This document shows, piece by piece, positions 1 to 13,540 of a stretch of 64,000 nt of DNA. Origin of the DNA: Hypanus sabinus (lineage: Eukaryota). Location of the stretch: the NCBI RefSeq assembly GCF_030144855.1, contig NC_082714.1, positions 95,852,001-95,916,000 of the forward strand. Reading direction: 5' to 3'. The notes under the pieces were generated by a model, which saw only the letters and a program-made list of their open reading frames with translations, searched no databases and was not told where the DNA came from. The position numbers and the translations under genes were made by a program. The stretch's first letter is position 1; the number at the start of each line of letters is the position of its first letter.

Positions 1-589
1 TCAGTTGACTCGACAGTCCAATTTCTCAAGCAAGCCGAATGCAAGCAGGCAGGGAGGCATGGTTGGGCTGGGATCAAGTCTCGACAAAAGCTACGACGGA
101 ATGAATGGAGTTAAATACTATCACAATGAAATAATAATTAGCTGACACGTGCATATTTTCGAGCGCAATTGCCGTGTCTACTGCCCTGCCGAATCCCTGG
201 TTGTGACAACCAGAGAACTGTGAATCAGTGAAATTCATTCGGACAAGCGACTGTGGAGGCCAAGTCACTGGGTACAATTAAGGCAGAGGATGACAAGTTT
301 TCGATTAGACAGATATCTGCGGAGGGCATGAAAGAATGCAGGAATAAGGCAGGAGATTGGGACTGAGAGGGAAAATTATTCAGTCGTGACAAAAAGTCGT
401 AGCAGGCTCGATATGTCAAGTAGACTAATTCTGCCCTTTTACCTTATGGTGATATTCTACCCTATTCTACCTGCCGTTCGTCATCTCTTCAAAATTCGTT
501 TTCCCGGACATAATTTCCTGCGCACAAAGTCATGATGACTATCCTGAATCATTTTTTACCTTTCGAAAGGCTGATGGATACTGACTCAT

Positions 590-1000
590 AGAAAATCCTG
601 TATTAACTTGTCTTTACTGTACTAAAAATCGCAGGCTTCGAGTTCTCTGGGTCTTCCCTTCAGAACATTAAGACAAGTTGCCAAAACGGATAAATGACCG
701 TGGCAGCGAGGATGAGTGGGTACATGATCGAAGCGTCGGAGGGCAGCAGAATTCATAGAGAGAGGGAGAGAGCGAAGGAGGGAGGGAGAGATAGCAGAGG
801 AGAGGGAGCGGCAGCAGAGAGAGCAAGGGGCGGTAGTGTAGGTATCTCACAAAGAGAATCGCAGTACAGCAGCAGATCACAAAAAAAGAGATTCTGGAAA
901 TGCTGTCAATCCACAGCAGCACACGGTGACCGCTGCAGGAACTCAGCAGGGCAGGCAGCATCTCTAGAAATGAATGAACTATCGACGTTTCTGAACGAGA
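590..1000 (-). mobile_element. Penelope-like element 5' fragment, decayed
   Basis: Homolog of 32690-33190, which reads NVSFLATCLRQHIV; family recognised by resemblance only. Confidence 0.4.
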
Positions 1001-1342
1001 GGCCGGGTGCGTTTGCATCTGATAGGTAAAATTAGTTCGGAAGTAAGGCATATGAAAATAACGAATTTGATTGGAGAGGAGAGAGGGCCACAGGAGAAAG
1101 AGAAGAAGAAAAAAGGGCACTAGGGTAGACTTGATAGGAAGATGAGGATAAGAGGTAACTGTGGGGAATATAAGAGGACGAAAGGGAGAGAGGAAAAGAA
1201 AAAGAAAGAGAAAGAGAAATAACGGAAGGAGAAACTGATCTTCAAGACATCAGGTTACAGGCGACCTCAAGAGTAAACGACGTCTTTCTCCTGCACACTG
1301 AGATGGCCTCATCGTGGTTAAAGGGTCGGCCATCCACAGACA

Positions 1343-1667
1343 GTGGATGGTACTGGAGAGTCCAGTACCAGAGGGCATGGATTGAGAATAAGAGGTCAGT
1401 TATTTAAAACAGAGTTGAGGAAGAGCTTCTTCTCCCAGAGAGTTGTGGAGATGTGGAATGCACTGCCTCGGAAGACGGTGGAGGCCAATTCTCTGGATGC
1501 TTTCAAGAAGGAGCTAGATAGATATCTAATGGATAGGGGAATCAAGGGATATGGGGACAAGGCAGGGACTGGGTATTGATAGTGAATAATCAGCCATGAT
1601 CTCAGAATGGCGGTGCAGGCTCGAGGGGCCGAATGGTCTACTTCTGCATCTATTGTCTATTGTCTAT
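1343..1667 (+). mobile_element. CR1 LINE 3' end
   Basis: TRGHGLRIRGQLFKTELRKSFFSQRVVEMWNALP; (CTATTGT)n tail. Confidence 0.85.
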
Positions 1668-2029
1668 CTCGCAAAGGGAATGGGAGTAAAAACTCAGAAG
1701 TTTTTTTCACCTGGAAAATCCGTTTTTGACGGATGGAGAAGAGAACAGAGACTTCCAACCAGAATAAGTCCCAAAAGATTACAGCTCTCTGTTTTCTGTA
1801 GGCATCGAGTTCTGAATCAAAGCGGCAAAGTGCACAGTCAACCTCTTTCATCTTAATCTCTGGATGAGCCTTACATTTTAGAAACGCCTTACTAAAATAC
1901 ACGTAAAGAAAATCCACGGCACTACCTTCAATCACGATCGTCATCTTTTGGTAGAACTGAATTAACTTCATGAGACATACTCAGAGATATGGCTTTTCAA
2001 CTGACAACAAATCCCTAAAAATATCTCCA

Positions 2030-2560
2030 CTAATTTCTCTACCACTGACCTGAGAGTAGCTAGTCTATAGATTCCACGATTAATCCAATTTCCCATCTTA
2101 AACAATGGAACAACATTAGGTTCACTCAATGCTCAGAGACGTCGCCTATGGCTAGAGGACTCGAAGATATTGATCATGGCCCCTGAAATTTCACCTCATA
2201 CCTCTCTACATAACCTGGTTGACTAACCCATTAGTTTATGGAGACTTATCCATCTTCATGTTCTTTAAGAGACACAACGCTTGCATTTTTATCTAGCCAA
2301 TTAGCCCGCACCACATGCTGATCACCCCACCTTCTCCAGATTTCAATGCAGTCATTTAGGACTTCATCCACATCCTCTGTCCCAAAGCGCATCATCACTC
2401 TTTATCGTTGAGTCGTTCACCTGCTGCCTAGTTGTCTTTCGTTCAAGATCTACGTATCGAATGGCTTGAGATTCTTCTTAATCCTTTGTGACTACGATTT
2501 CTCATGGTCCTTCCTGGTTACAGGGCTTAATTTTAGAATCCTAAACATTATATGCACTCC
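2030..2560 (-). mobile_element. Decayed CR1 fragment
   Basis: Reverse-strand CR1 ORF2-like nucleotide pattern (e.g. GGTCCTTCCTGG, CCCAAAGCGCA); no open frame. Confidence 0.5.
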
Positions 2561-3123
2561 CTTTTCTTTTTCACTAAATTTGCTATCACATACCTTCACG
2601 TCAGATGCGTGATTACTCCAAAACAAATGTTCGCAATTAATTGTTCATTGCTGCGAACACGGTCATTAAGCCGGCAGAGGACCCACGAAAGCAGGGCGGG
2701 GGGTGCGGAATCAGTGTGGATCGCTTGAAGGCTCGTCCTCCGACCACAGAGATAGAAGCAAAGAAATCGCGGGAAAATGAACAAATGAATTGAATTTGCT
2801 TTCATAGAAACAATACACAGTAAACATTGCAGAAGCGTTCGACAGCAGAGCAATAGCGTACAGTCACAAAAGTAGAAATGTTTGCTTTATAGAAATATCT
2901 GGCAATGGAAAACAATAAATCACCCTGAGCTGATGACATTCTCCGCAAAGTCATAAAGTCCTGTAAGAGATGGGACACAGACACATTTCTGTCCTGGATT
3001 TTTAAAGTTTATAGTAAAGTTTATACTATTAGTCTTTCAAGACGGAGAGGAGAAACAGAGAGGGAGGGAAAGAGGGAGAGAGCGATTGGAAGTGTCTGTG
3101 AGAGACGGAGAGTGGGAAGTAGG

Positions 3124-3126
<3 letters not shown>

Positions 3127-3166
<40 letters not shown>
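3127..3166. repeat. (AG)n microsatellite
   Basis: Direct reading. Confidence 0.95.
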
Positions 3167-3169
<3 letters not shown>

Positions 3170-4198
3170 GGTAGTGATAGATAAAAAATGGAGTTTACCT
3201 CAATAGTAAGGGCGAATTCAGTATGCTTATTAATAATAAAATGCTAACATGGTACCTGAAACAGTGAAATTTAAACTGGAAAAAGTTGCTGTGGACGTGG
3301 AATGTAATATTGTCCTCATTGGTTCATAATTTCGAATACATAAAATAAAATATTTGAACCAGAAGACATGAGGTGAAAGCAGTTGGATTTTCACTACACG
3401 TGCACTACTTCACAACACCTGTATTGGCCTGAATGAACGACAGTCTACAAATCAGTGATTTCGAATGAAGCAAGCACAGTGGAAGCAGACAGACTAATTG
3501 TCTTTGTTCTTGCTGCGTGCTTGGGAATGGAGGCTGCCATTTCTGAAGAAACTCTATTCTCCATTTTGTGAGCTTAACTTGCTGTACTTGATCAATGTTT
3601 TGAAGAAGACGCAATGATGCTTCGTAATATGCTGGTCTGGAGATCATTTTCAAATAAGAAGTTATTTTTGTGATGTTCTTTGGTTGGACATAATATGCAG
3701 TTTTATGAATCTTGCGTTTGCTGCCTCCTTGGAGTGGTTAAAGTTAGTTCCTGATTGAGAAGAAAGAGCCATAAATTATCGACTGTCACTTGATGGGAAG
3801 AGGGCAATAGATGGACGCTGGCATAGAGCAGAGCCAATAACAAGGAGTTAATGGACTGATACATGACCTATGGTCAAAGACAATGGGATGTAATATTTGC
3901 GTTGAGAAGGAATGGATATAAAAATAGATGTTTCGTGTGTGCTGGTAGCGGTAACTTCGAAGAAAAATCATCGCAGATACAAGTGTGAGCAACTCTCTGT
4001 GAAACATGTGACGAGGGAATCGGTACTACGAGGAATGACTGGCCAGCTCAGACTCCTTTGCCCGTGTAATACCTTTGCTATTCTTTGACTATTCATGAGA
4101 GTCAGGGATACTCAGCGGGTGTGCACACAAGGTATTTAGTGTGTGAATTCACGTATTTGTCAATTTAAACAACAAAGGTACTTGACAGTAAATACAGA

Positions 4199-6100
4199 TA
4201 TAGTCGATTAACAACATCCTGACGTAAGTGTTTGTGCTGTCTTGGTGATCTAAAATCGTGTGAAGAGCCATTGAGATTGCGTCTGCCGTTGACCTATTGT
4301 GACGATAGGCCAATTGCAATGCGTCCAGGTTCTTGCTGAGGCAGGAGTTCAGTCTAGTCTTAACCAACCTCACAAAGCATTTCATCACTGTCGAAGTGAG
4401 TGTTACCGGGCGATCATCGTTAAGGCAGCCCACATTATTCTTCTTAGGCACTGGTATTATTGTTGCCTTTTTGAAGCAAGTGGGAACTTCTGCCTAGAGC
4501 AGTGAGAGGTTGAAAATGTCCTTGAATACTCCCGCTAGTTGGTTCGCACAGGTTTTCAGAGCCATACCAGGTACACAACGGGACCTTCTGCCTTGCGAAG
4601 GTTCACTCTCTTTAAAGACAGTCTAACATCGGCCTCTGAGATGGAGATCACAGGGTCATCAGGTGCGGCAGGGATCTTCACAGCTGTAGTTGTGTTCTCC
4701 CTTTCAAAGTGGGCATAGAACGCATTGAGTACATCTGGTAGTGAAGCACCGCTGCAATTCATTCTGTTAGGTTTCGCTTTGTAGGAGGTAATGTCTTGCA
4801 GTCCCTGCCAGAATTACCGTCCATCTGATATCGCCTCCAACCTCGTTCGAAATTGTCCCTTCGCCCTTGAAAATTCCCTCCGCAAATCATACCTGGTTTT
4901 CTGATACGGGTCTGGGTCTTCGGACTTGAATGTCACAGATCTCACCCTCAGCAGACGACGTACCTCCTGGTTCATCCACGGCTTTTGGTTTGGGAATGTA
5001 CAGTAAGTCTTTGTAGGCACACACTTATCCACACAGGTTTTAATGTATTCGGTAACAACTGCAAGATACTCATTCAGAGTCAAAGATGAATCCCTGAATA
5101 CAGTGCAGACCCCGATTCAAAGCAGTCCTGTTGGCGCTCCTGTGCTTCCCTTGCCCAAACCGTCTTGGTCCTCACTAGTAGTAGAAGTACAGCTAGGTGA
5201 TCAGAATTCCCGAATGACGGCGTACAAAAGCACGGTAGGCATTCTTGATGGTTTAACAATGGTCCAGTGTGTTGTTTCCTCTGGTATTGCAAGTGATTTA
5301 TTCATGGTAATTGCTTCGTGATTTTTTCAGACTAGCCTTGTTAAAATCTCCCAAAACGATGGAGAAGGCGTTAGGTTGCGCTGATTCGTGCACCTTGATC
5401 CCATTGTTCAGATCATCTAAAGCCTAATTGACATTGGCCTGAGGTGGAATCTAATCTGCTACAGAATGACCCCAGAGAATTCCTGTGGTAAGTAAAAAGG
5501 ACGACACTTTACTACTAGATATTCTAGGTCTGATGAGCTGAATTAGAATAGCACTGATATATTCGTGTACCAAGAACAGTTGATCATGAGGCATAATCCT
5601 CCACCTCTGCTTTTGAGACACTCTAAAAATCTATCCTGATGATGTTTAGTAAACCCATCGATCTGAATCTCCGCATCCGGTTCGGAAGAGGTTAACCAGG
5701 ATTCCGTGAACCAAAGGACACACGTGGCCCTAACGTCCCACTGATACAGCACCCTGGCTCTGAGATAATCGATTTTATTCACGAGAGACTGCACGTTCGC
5801 CAGCAAGATCGTCGATATAGGGAATTTAAAACCCCGTTTCCTTAAACGCACTTGCAATCTTGATACCCGGCTACGCTATCTCTGATGTTTTCTCCGTGGG
5901 CCCTTCCGACCACAGACTGTGTTGTTTTCGCCGATCTTAAGCAACGATACTTCGTTTAAATGCATTAAGACATACTTGCTGACTGTACAGACCCTGGAAG
6001 CAGTCGTGCTTTCCAGCTGTAACAGGCTGAAAGGGGAATATTTAATCGTATCCATTGAGAGTACTGCTGTTACTCGAGCCTCGCCCAGGCTCCTCGGAAG
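4199..6100 (-). mobile_element. Rex1/Babar-type LINE, 5' part (APE endonuclease to RT N-terminus), inverted, decayed
   Basis: ILLANVQSLVNK...FTESWL (APE); RPVTLTSTVMKCF...AYRHNRSTADAI...YVRMLLIDY (RT). Confidence 0.85.
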
Positions 6101-6107
6101 TAGAAAA

Positions 6108-7238
6108 CTCCTGATTGAGAAGCTACAGAACCTGGTTCTCTGTATGTTCTTCTGTAATTGATCGTAGACTTCCAAACCGAAGGCACAGTCTGTGCGGATT
6201 AGAGATAACATATCCTCTTCGGTGACGATGAACACTGGCACACCTGAGGGGTGTGTGCTTAGCCCACTGCTCTACTCTCTGCATGCACATGACTGCGTGG
6301 CTCGGCATTGTTCAAACACCGTCTGCAAATTTGCTGACTATACAAGCATTGTTGGTAGAATCTCAGGTGGTGACAAGAGGGCGGACAGGAGTGAAATATG
6401 CTGAAGAGTGGAATGGTGCCGCAGCAACAACTTGGTATTCAACGTCTGTCGGATGAGAGCTGATTGTGGACTTCATGTCGAGTAAGACGAATGAACAATC
6501 CTCATAGAGGCAGCAGAAGTGGAGAGAGTGAGCAGCTTCAAGTTCCTGGGTGTCAAGATCGTCTGAGGATCTAACCTGGTCCCAACATATTGATGTAGTC
6601 ATAAAGAAGGCAAGAGAGCGGCTATACTTTATTAAGAGATTGAAGTGATTTGGCATGTCAACAAATACGCTCAAAAATCTCTATTGTTGTAACGTGGAGA
6701 GCATTCTGACAGGTTGCAACACTGTCTGGTATGGAGGGGCTACTGCACAGAACCGAAAGAACTGCAGGAGGTTGTAAATCTAGTCAGCTTCATTTTTGGC
6801 ACTAGCCTACAAAAATCCAGGGCATCTTTAGGGAGCATCTCAGAAAGGCAGCGTCCATTATTAAAGACCTCCCGCAGTCAGGGCATGCACCATTCTCTCT
6901 GTTACCATCAGGTTTGAGATATAAAAGCCTGAAGGCAGACACATTGCGATTCAGGAACAACTTCTACTCCTCTGCCATCGGATTCCTAAATGAACTTTGA
7001 AGCTTTGGACACTACCTCACTTTAAAAATAAAACAGTATTTCTGTTTTTGCACATTTTAATAATCTATTCAATTTACCTGATTGATTGACGTGTTTATTT
7101 ATCATTATGGTTGTTTATTAGTTGTTTTCTTTTTCTCTCTCTGCTAGATTATGTGTTGCATTGAACTGCTGCTGCTAAGTTAACAAATCTCACGTCACAT
7201 GCCGGTGATAATAAACATGATTCTGATTCCGATTCAGA
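6108..7238 (+). mobile_element. Rex1/Babar-type LINE, 3' part (RT C-terminus, 3' UTR, GATTCT-type tail)
   Basis: LIEKLQNL...[15 protein letters not shown]...KFAD; tandem tail at ~7218-7238. Confidence 0.85.
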
Positions 7239-7299
7239 TCTCTCCGTGCCTCACAAATCATTGTTATAAGAGGAAATTCTTACAACACTTCAGAAAGGA

Positions 7300-10200
7300 G
7301 TACAGTATTGTGCACTTTTTGCTGTTATATCAGGCGATAAGAATTAGGAACAAGATTAGGCCAAACCTCCCATCAAGACTGCTCCGTCAATGACATTTCC
7401 TGCCTTCTCCCCTGACTTACAACAATTAATAACTCAGTAATCTCTGCCTTCAGTGCAGCCAGGGAAACGGCCTCTACATCCCTGTGTGGCAAAGGTTGGT
7501 TTAGATATATGAATATGCATCCATACTAAGTATACATCTAACCTCCTTCTCAACCAAAGGTCACAGACTTCAAATAACTGACCGTCCTTTTTGAGAAAAG
7601 CATGTGTTCGCAATGTCATTGAACGACAGAGAACAGGCAAGAACGCAATTGAACAAGTGTATGTGTACTTAAATATAATTCACGCAATTTCGATGATAAC
7701 ACATTAAGGATAATGACGATACTGCTGGCCAAGTAAATGCTAAGCGGGACTCAGCTAAAGAGAATCTACAAAGTGGCAAAAACTGATAAGGGGAACACTA
7801 AAGTAAAGAGAATGCAACAGGGGGAGAAAGGCGGGAGAGATTGATAGATAGAAAGATAGAGATAGAGAGTGAGACAGTGAGCGGTAGAGAGAGGAGGGGG
7901 AAAGAAAAAAGAGAAGTGAGAGAAAAGTGAGAAGAGAAAGGGAATGGGTGTGTAGAGAGGAGAGGTATGTTGTGGAAAGGGATGAGGGAGAGAGAGAAAA
8001 AAGGGTGACCTCGATGAGCGGTAATACAGCGTATTTTAACAGGCTAACCTCGGAAGCAGCAATACAATTAGTCTGAACTTGTGTAAATTTCCAAAAGTAA
8101 AAACGTGTTTGAAAAATCAGCTTGACTTCTTAAAACAAACAAAATACAACAAATTAGGTGGAAACCAGTGAATGTCCTGCATTTGATAGTATTATGTAAA
8201 AGCGTATTTTTTTTTTAAAACGCATCTTGAGGTCTTTCTGCAATTATATCAAACAATATGATATAGGATCAGAATTGCTCCATTTGTTCTACCTACACTT
8301 CACTATCTTATAATCATCTAATTATCGCTGATTTTTATTTCAACCCCGTTCTCCTGTCTTTTAGGTATCCCTTAACTCCTTCTCTCAGACCATGCTATTT
8401 TCTAGTTGCTGCCATTAGGCAGGAGTGACAGGAAGCTCAGAGCTCACACTAAGTTCAACAACTGTTGGTACTCTGCAACCATCAGGTGCCTGAACCAGCG
8501 TGGATAACTTTGCTCATCTCAGCTCTGAACTAATTCCACTATGTAGGGACTGTTTTTCAAGGACTCTACAGCTCATGCTCTCTATATTATCTATTTTATT
8601 ATTTTCCGCAATTTTGTCTCTTTTCAGCATTGGTTGTTTGCCAGACGTCATGTATAATTTTTGCATAAATTATATTTCATTGTTCCTTTTGTCATCAAGA
8701 AGAAAATGAACCTGCGGGTAGCATTTTAGTGACAGATAATACTGGCATAATAATTTTAGTTTAGTGTGAACTTTGATGAGTGGTGTGTATTAGGGATGGA
8801 ACTGCCACCGCTCACCATGTTCTCTGTGTTATTTCCTTATTTATTTGTTATTGCTGTTTGTTTATTATTCGTTGTTGTTCTACTGTGAATGTCGACTGTT
8901 TATTTATATCCATAGATGCCGCCTTACCTGGTGACGTCTTTCATCATTTTATAAGTATTTTTTCCAACAGTTATGGAAGCATGATACTCTTTCGTAAATT
9001 GGTAAGAGATGAGAAAAGCTGGAAGCAATAATTAATGCGCCGCATTCGGAATGCAGGTGTCACTCGAGTTTAATAAAGAAATACTTTTTACTGTTCACAG
9101 CTTATATTATATGTTTGAATGAAGAAGGTAAGTGTGAAGTGTCCAGGTGTGATGATTGAAATTCAGTTGCTAATTGCGGCGTTTATTCTGAGTTGGAGTT
9201 TACTCCGATGGATTAGGTAAACAGGCGGAGATAAAGCATGCTCCTAAACATAAGATCAACATATTTGCAGAAACAATAGAACTTAATATTACTGATCAAT
9301 AATGAGGGATTGGATCCAATCAGAATTTGGTCTGCATGTATTCAGGCTCTCCGATGCTCGAGGTCGATCATAGATAATTCGACCGAGTTGTCTCAGTTGA
9401 ATGCGCAAACCTGGGCAGTGTGATATGGAATTTCCATGTGTTCCCACTGCAAAAGGCCCCCCTTCTCCACGCAGTGATGAACCCAAAGGAACGGCAGAGA
9501 CGGATGAAATTTAGCAGGAGCGGCGTCACCGGGGTTGCCAGTCAACGTTGAATTCGGCGCCCGGCGCCGGAAATCATTACCTGCAGGGAAAGCGTGATAG
9601 TCCAGTGACCGAAAGATGCAGCCCTGTCGTCATTCATTTTGTAATGTCTTACACTGCATGTCCAAAGCGCAGACGGTTTTTAAGCTGGTGATTGTGGGGC
9701 CAACACAGGAGTTGTTGCAGTTGTGATCTTCCATGCAGAAAGCGAGTATTCTGTCCGGCAGCTGATCAGAAGAACGTCTTTATTGGGTCAGAGGATGTAT
9801 TCCTTGTAAATACTTACCCACTCTTTCACAACACACGCAGATGTCAACTGCCAAGGCCTCTAAAACTCATGAACTCAGTTTTATTTATTTATTTAAACGT
9901 GTATGCATGTGTATTTATATTTTGATAATTAATTTGCTATGTGGATTTACCCTTATTCTTTCTAACTTCCACAGTTTGTCTTGTTTTATACATTGTTTGT
10001 TAGCGGGTAGTTTGTATTTATTCTACTGTTTTCTATTTGTTCTATTCTAAATGACTGTATGAAGTCGATTTAAAGAGTAGTATATTGTAATACATACAGA
10101 TTGTGATAATAATTTTAACCTGAACTTTGAACTTTGGATCATCTCTAATATAGTTTCATTTACTTCTTCTAATATATTTTCTGGCCAATAGTCACTGCCC

Positions 10201-11275
10201 GACATTGATAGCAGCGGATTGTGCAATCGTCGGTCTTTGAAAAGGACGGTCAGATTTTCTAAGTCGCCGAATTCAGGCCAAAGCCCAAGGGTTTTCAGGT
10301 GTCTGTTTCTAGTCTCCTGATTATCTTGCCGGAGAATGGCCCTGATATTGCGCCGTGGTGAATTCAATTCGGTGCAATGGTTGTTCATAATCTCCAATAT
10401 TGGCATCATTGGAGGAAGGTGTGTTTGATGATGGAGGTTGGATAAGGACACTCTCCAGAGGAATTCCTGCAGTGATACTGGGGGTGGTGGAGATTTGATC
10501 GACCTTAGACAGCCAGAAACATCGTTCTTTTGTCTGAGCTTTGATTTTAAAATCTGAAGTGAATTGAGGCTTCACCCAGGCCCGCATTCCTGCTGCTTTC
10601 GACACGGGATAGTAAATGGGAACACGGAGGGTAATAATTATTACCATTCAGGCGTCAGACCAGATGCTTGAAACAGCGTGGATAACTTCGCTCATCTGAA
10701 CACCGAACGGATTTCATAACCCATGGACTCACTTCCAAGAACTCTACAGCTCAAGCTCTCAGTGTCGTCAATTGATGTATTTATTTATCTGTTCATTTAT
10801 CTATTTATACCATTATTTATCTATCTTGTCATTATTAATGAACGTATATATTATCTATGTATACGCCTATCTATCCATTTGTCTGCTTATTATTATTGCT
10901 ATATTTCCTCAGTTTGGCTTCTTTTGCATATTAATTGCTTGTCTGTCTTTGTGTGTAGATTTTCATTGATTCTATTCTATTGCTCTCTTCTACTGTGTAT
11001 GCCTCCAAGGAAGTTAATCTCCCGGTGGTATATGGTAACATAAACGTGCTTTGATAATAAATTTACCTTTAAATTGAGCGTTGATCATTAGTCGATTGGG
11101 AATTATGAATTTTAGTGATCAACTTTATTTAAATCCTGACATAAAAGGAAAATAGCACTGTATAAATGACATGATTTTCCAAACGCAGGAACTGCGCCAG
11201 TACATTCAGAAGTCAGTTTCAAAGACGGTTATAGGGATCTATAGGAACTTATGCAAAGTGTAGGTTTGCTGCACT
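7300..11275 (+). repeat. Gene-less remnant of a third IgL cassette (upstream flank only)
   Basis: Collinear with 50800-55300 (7721/51200, 9240/52260, 9580/53745, 10960-11275/55010-55300). Homology stops where the proximal promoter block would begin. Confidence 0.75.
10050..10660 (-). mobile_element. Unclassified interspersed repeat with residual coding potential
   Basis: Absent at the homologous sites of the other copies (25830, 54200); overlapping 134-aa and 108-aa minus-strand ORFs, family not recognised. Confidence 0.4.
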
Positions 11276-11284
11276 CCTGTGTCT

Positions 11285-12410
11285 TTCTTTCCCTTCATTG
11301 GCCGAGAGGAACCTGGAACCTCCAGCTGTCAAGGAGGCCCGGGAGGAATGGTAACACTGGCTGGAGGAGGCCGATCCTCCTTTCTTGGTCTGGACTGATT
11401 GGAAGAACGTCTCCTCCTGTCAGAGTGCAAAGGGACCCAACTCTCGTCAAGCCGATGGACCCTCCTCTTCACGCGGCTTCATTTCATCCTCACTTAGTGA
11501 CTGGGCAGCAAGAGTAACTAGGCCGACGCTCTCTCTCTGCAGTTTGGACGGATCGGAGGTCAATGCCGATCCAGAAGTCATTGTTCTTCAGTCGTATTTT
11601 GCTGTTTCAGTGATCTGAGGAATAGAGACAGTGGTGAGGGCCGCCCAAGATTCGGACCCAGACTCGGGTGGGGAACTTCCCAACCGGCTGACCGCCGCTG
11701 CCGCAGTGCGTTCCGAAGTTTTGGAATGGCGTCAGTCCTCCCGTCTGGCTGAACATCTGGGAATTCGACGGACCCAGGAGTTTATAAAGAGTAAATATTA
11801 GTGGCCATCCATGTTTTAGGATGTCCACTAATTTGCATCTGGGCACGGAACGAGACGTCACATCAACTTCCAGCGAGTCTGCTATGTCGTCTGCCTGTGC
11901 CCCACCAATCCTGGTCCAACCTCTCAGTAGATTTCCTCACTGGGCTGCCGCCGCCAAAGGAATTACCAGTATCTTGGTCGCTGTGGATCGATTTTCCAAG
12001 GCCGCTCACTTCATTGTCCTCCTCAAGCCTCCATCAGATCGTCAACGTGTCTGGTTAAACATTTGTGCAGGTTCCAATATTTCTGTCAAGACATAGTATC
12101 TAATCATGTACCATAGTTCACTTCCAGCTTTTGGAAAGCTTTTGTGCTCTCTTGTAGGAGACACGGCAGCCTCCTCATCTGGTTTCCAACCCTAACCCAA
12201 TAGCCAGACTGAGAGAGTAAACCAGGAGTTGAGGACGACACCGCGCTTCCTTGCCTCTTGCAACCCCATGTACTGGAGCTCCCAGATGGTTCCGGACGAA
12301 ATCGCCCACGATAACCTCCATTCGTCGTCCAGGAGGATCTATCTGTCTTACATTGGATCTTGCGTAATAACCAGATTTTATTATGGAGCTTAAAGTAAAG
12401 GAGACCTAAC
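11285..12410 (+). mobile_element. Ty3/Gypsy pol fragment (RNase H to integrase), decayed
   Basis: [16 protein letters not shown]...SAK-PNSRQA (RNase H); [13 protein letters not shown] and [15 protein letters not shown] (integrase). Confidence 0.85.
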
Positions 12411-12429
12411 GAGGCGGTGATTATATTAT

Positions 12430-13060
12430 GATTGAATTCATACCACAAATTGAGAACTCACATGCATCAATGTCGCAATGGAATAAAGGGTATTACAGAA
12501 GCATGAGAGCGGAGCTTACTCAGGTGGATTGGAATAGAATTGGCGGACACGACGGCAGAGCAGAGATGACTGAAGTTTTTCGGAATAGTCCACAAGGCGC
12601 TTCATCCATGGGTCCCACGGAGGAATAAGTCCTCAAATGGCAGGGGAAGGCAACCTTGGCTGCAAAGTAAGCTTAGTGCTACATAAAAGCCAAGGAAAGG
12701 GTGAGTATAACGTAACAAGTGAGCGGGAAGTTGGACGATTAGGAGCTTTTACAGTCCAACAAAAGCAACTAAAAAAACTATAAGAAGGGAAAAGATGAAA
12801 TATGAGATCTGACTCGCTCATAATATAAAGCAGGATAACAAAAGTTTTTTTTTCAGATACATGAAGGGTGTAAGGGAGGTGAGAGTTGATGTTTGCCCAC
12901 TGGAAAATACTGCTGCTGAGGTAGCAGTGGGGACAAAGAAATAGCAGATGAACTTAATGGGTACTTTGCATCAGACATCATAAGAATGATATCAGGAACT
13001 GAGGAGGTAACATAGGAGGATCGTTTGATAGCTCTAGGTTTTTGCTTGCTGGAGATGAGT
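12430..13060 (+). mobile_element. CR1 ORF2 internal fragment
   Basis: WNKGYYRSMRAELTQVDW and the downstream KKEKMKYE-type linker region. Confidence 0.7.
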
Positions 13061-13079
13061 ACAATCGGCCACTTACCAC

Positions 13080-13540
13080 TCGGCCATCTTACCATTGACT
13101 CTCCAACCTGGTCCTATTTGCTTGCACTTCTCCACTATCTCGCTGAACCATGCTTTAAGTGTCTTTTGAACTAAATTCCTTCTGTCATTTTTGAGCCTAT
13201 TCTCCCAGCTGCTCAACTTCATGCTGCAAGCTTTAATAGCCTTCTTCACCATCCATTACGTCCCCAATCTTGGTGTCATACACAAAATTGCCAATGCAGT
13301 TGATGACATTGTCATCTGAATTATTAGAATAAATGATCAACACCCACGGATCCAGCACTAATCCCTGTGCGACCCCACTAGTTGCCAATCTGAAGGACAA
13401 CCGCCTATTACCACTCTCTAGCTTCTCCCACCAAGGCAATGTTGGATACAATTGGCGACATCAACCGCAATGTCCAGCGACTGAATCAATTGCACCAGCT
13501 TCCATGTGGAACTTTATCAAATAATTTATCGAACTCTTTT
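13080..13540 (-). mobile_element. CR1/L2-like fragments
   Basis: SGVAQGLVLDP...IYSNN...FVYDTKIG (RT motifs). Confidence 0.65.

Noticed and set aside
668-1120. 150-aa and 111-aa ORFs
   Set aside because: Derived from GA-rich low-complexity sequence and a Penelope-like relic.
3361-3780. Minus-strand FEITDL*TVVHSGQYRC resembling an Ig E-F strand motif, plus an 82-aa ORF
   Set aside because: Spacing is off by one, there is no upstream C/W motif or splice sites, and stops occur; origin unresolved, possibly a TE relic.
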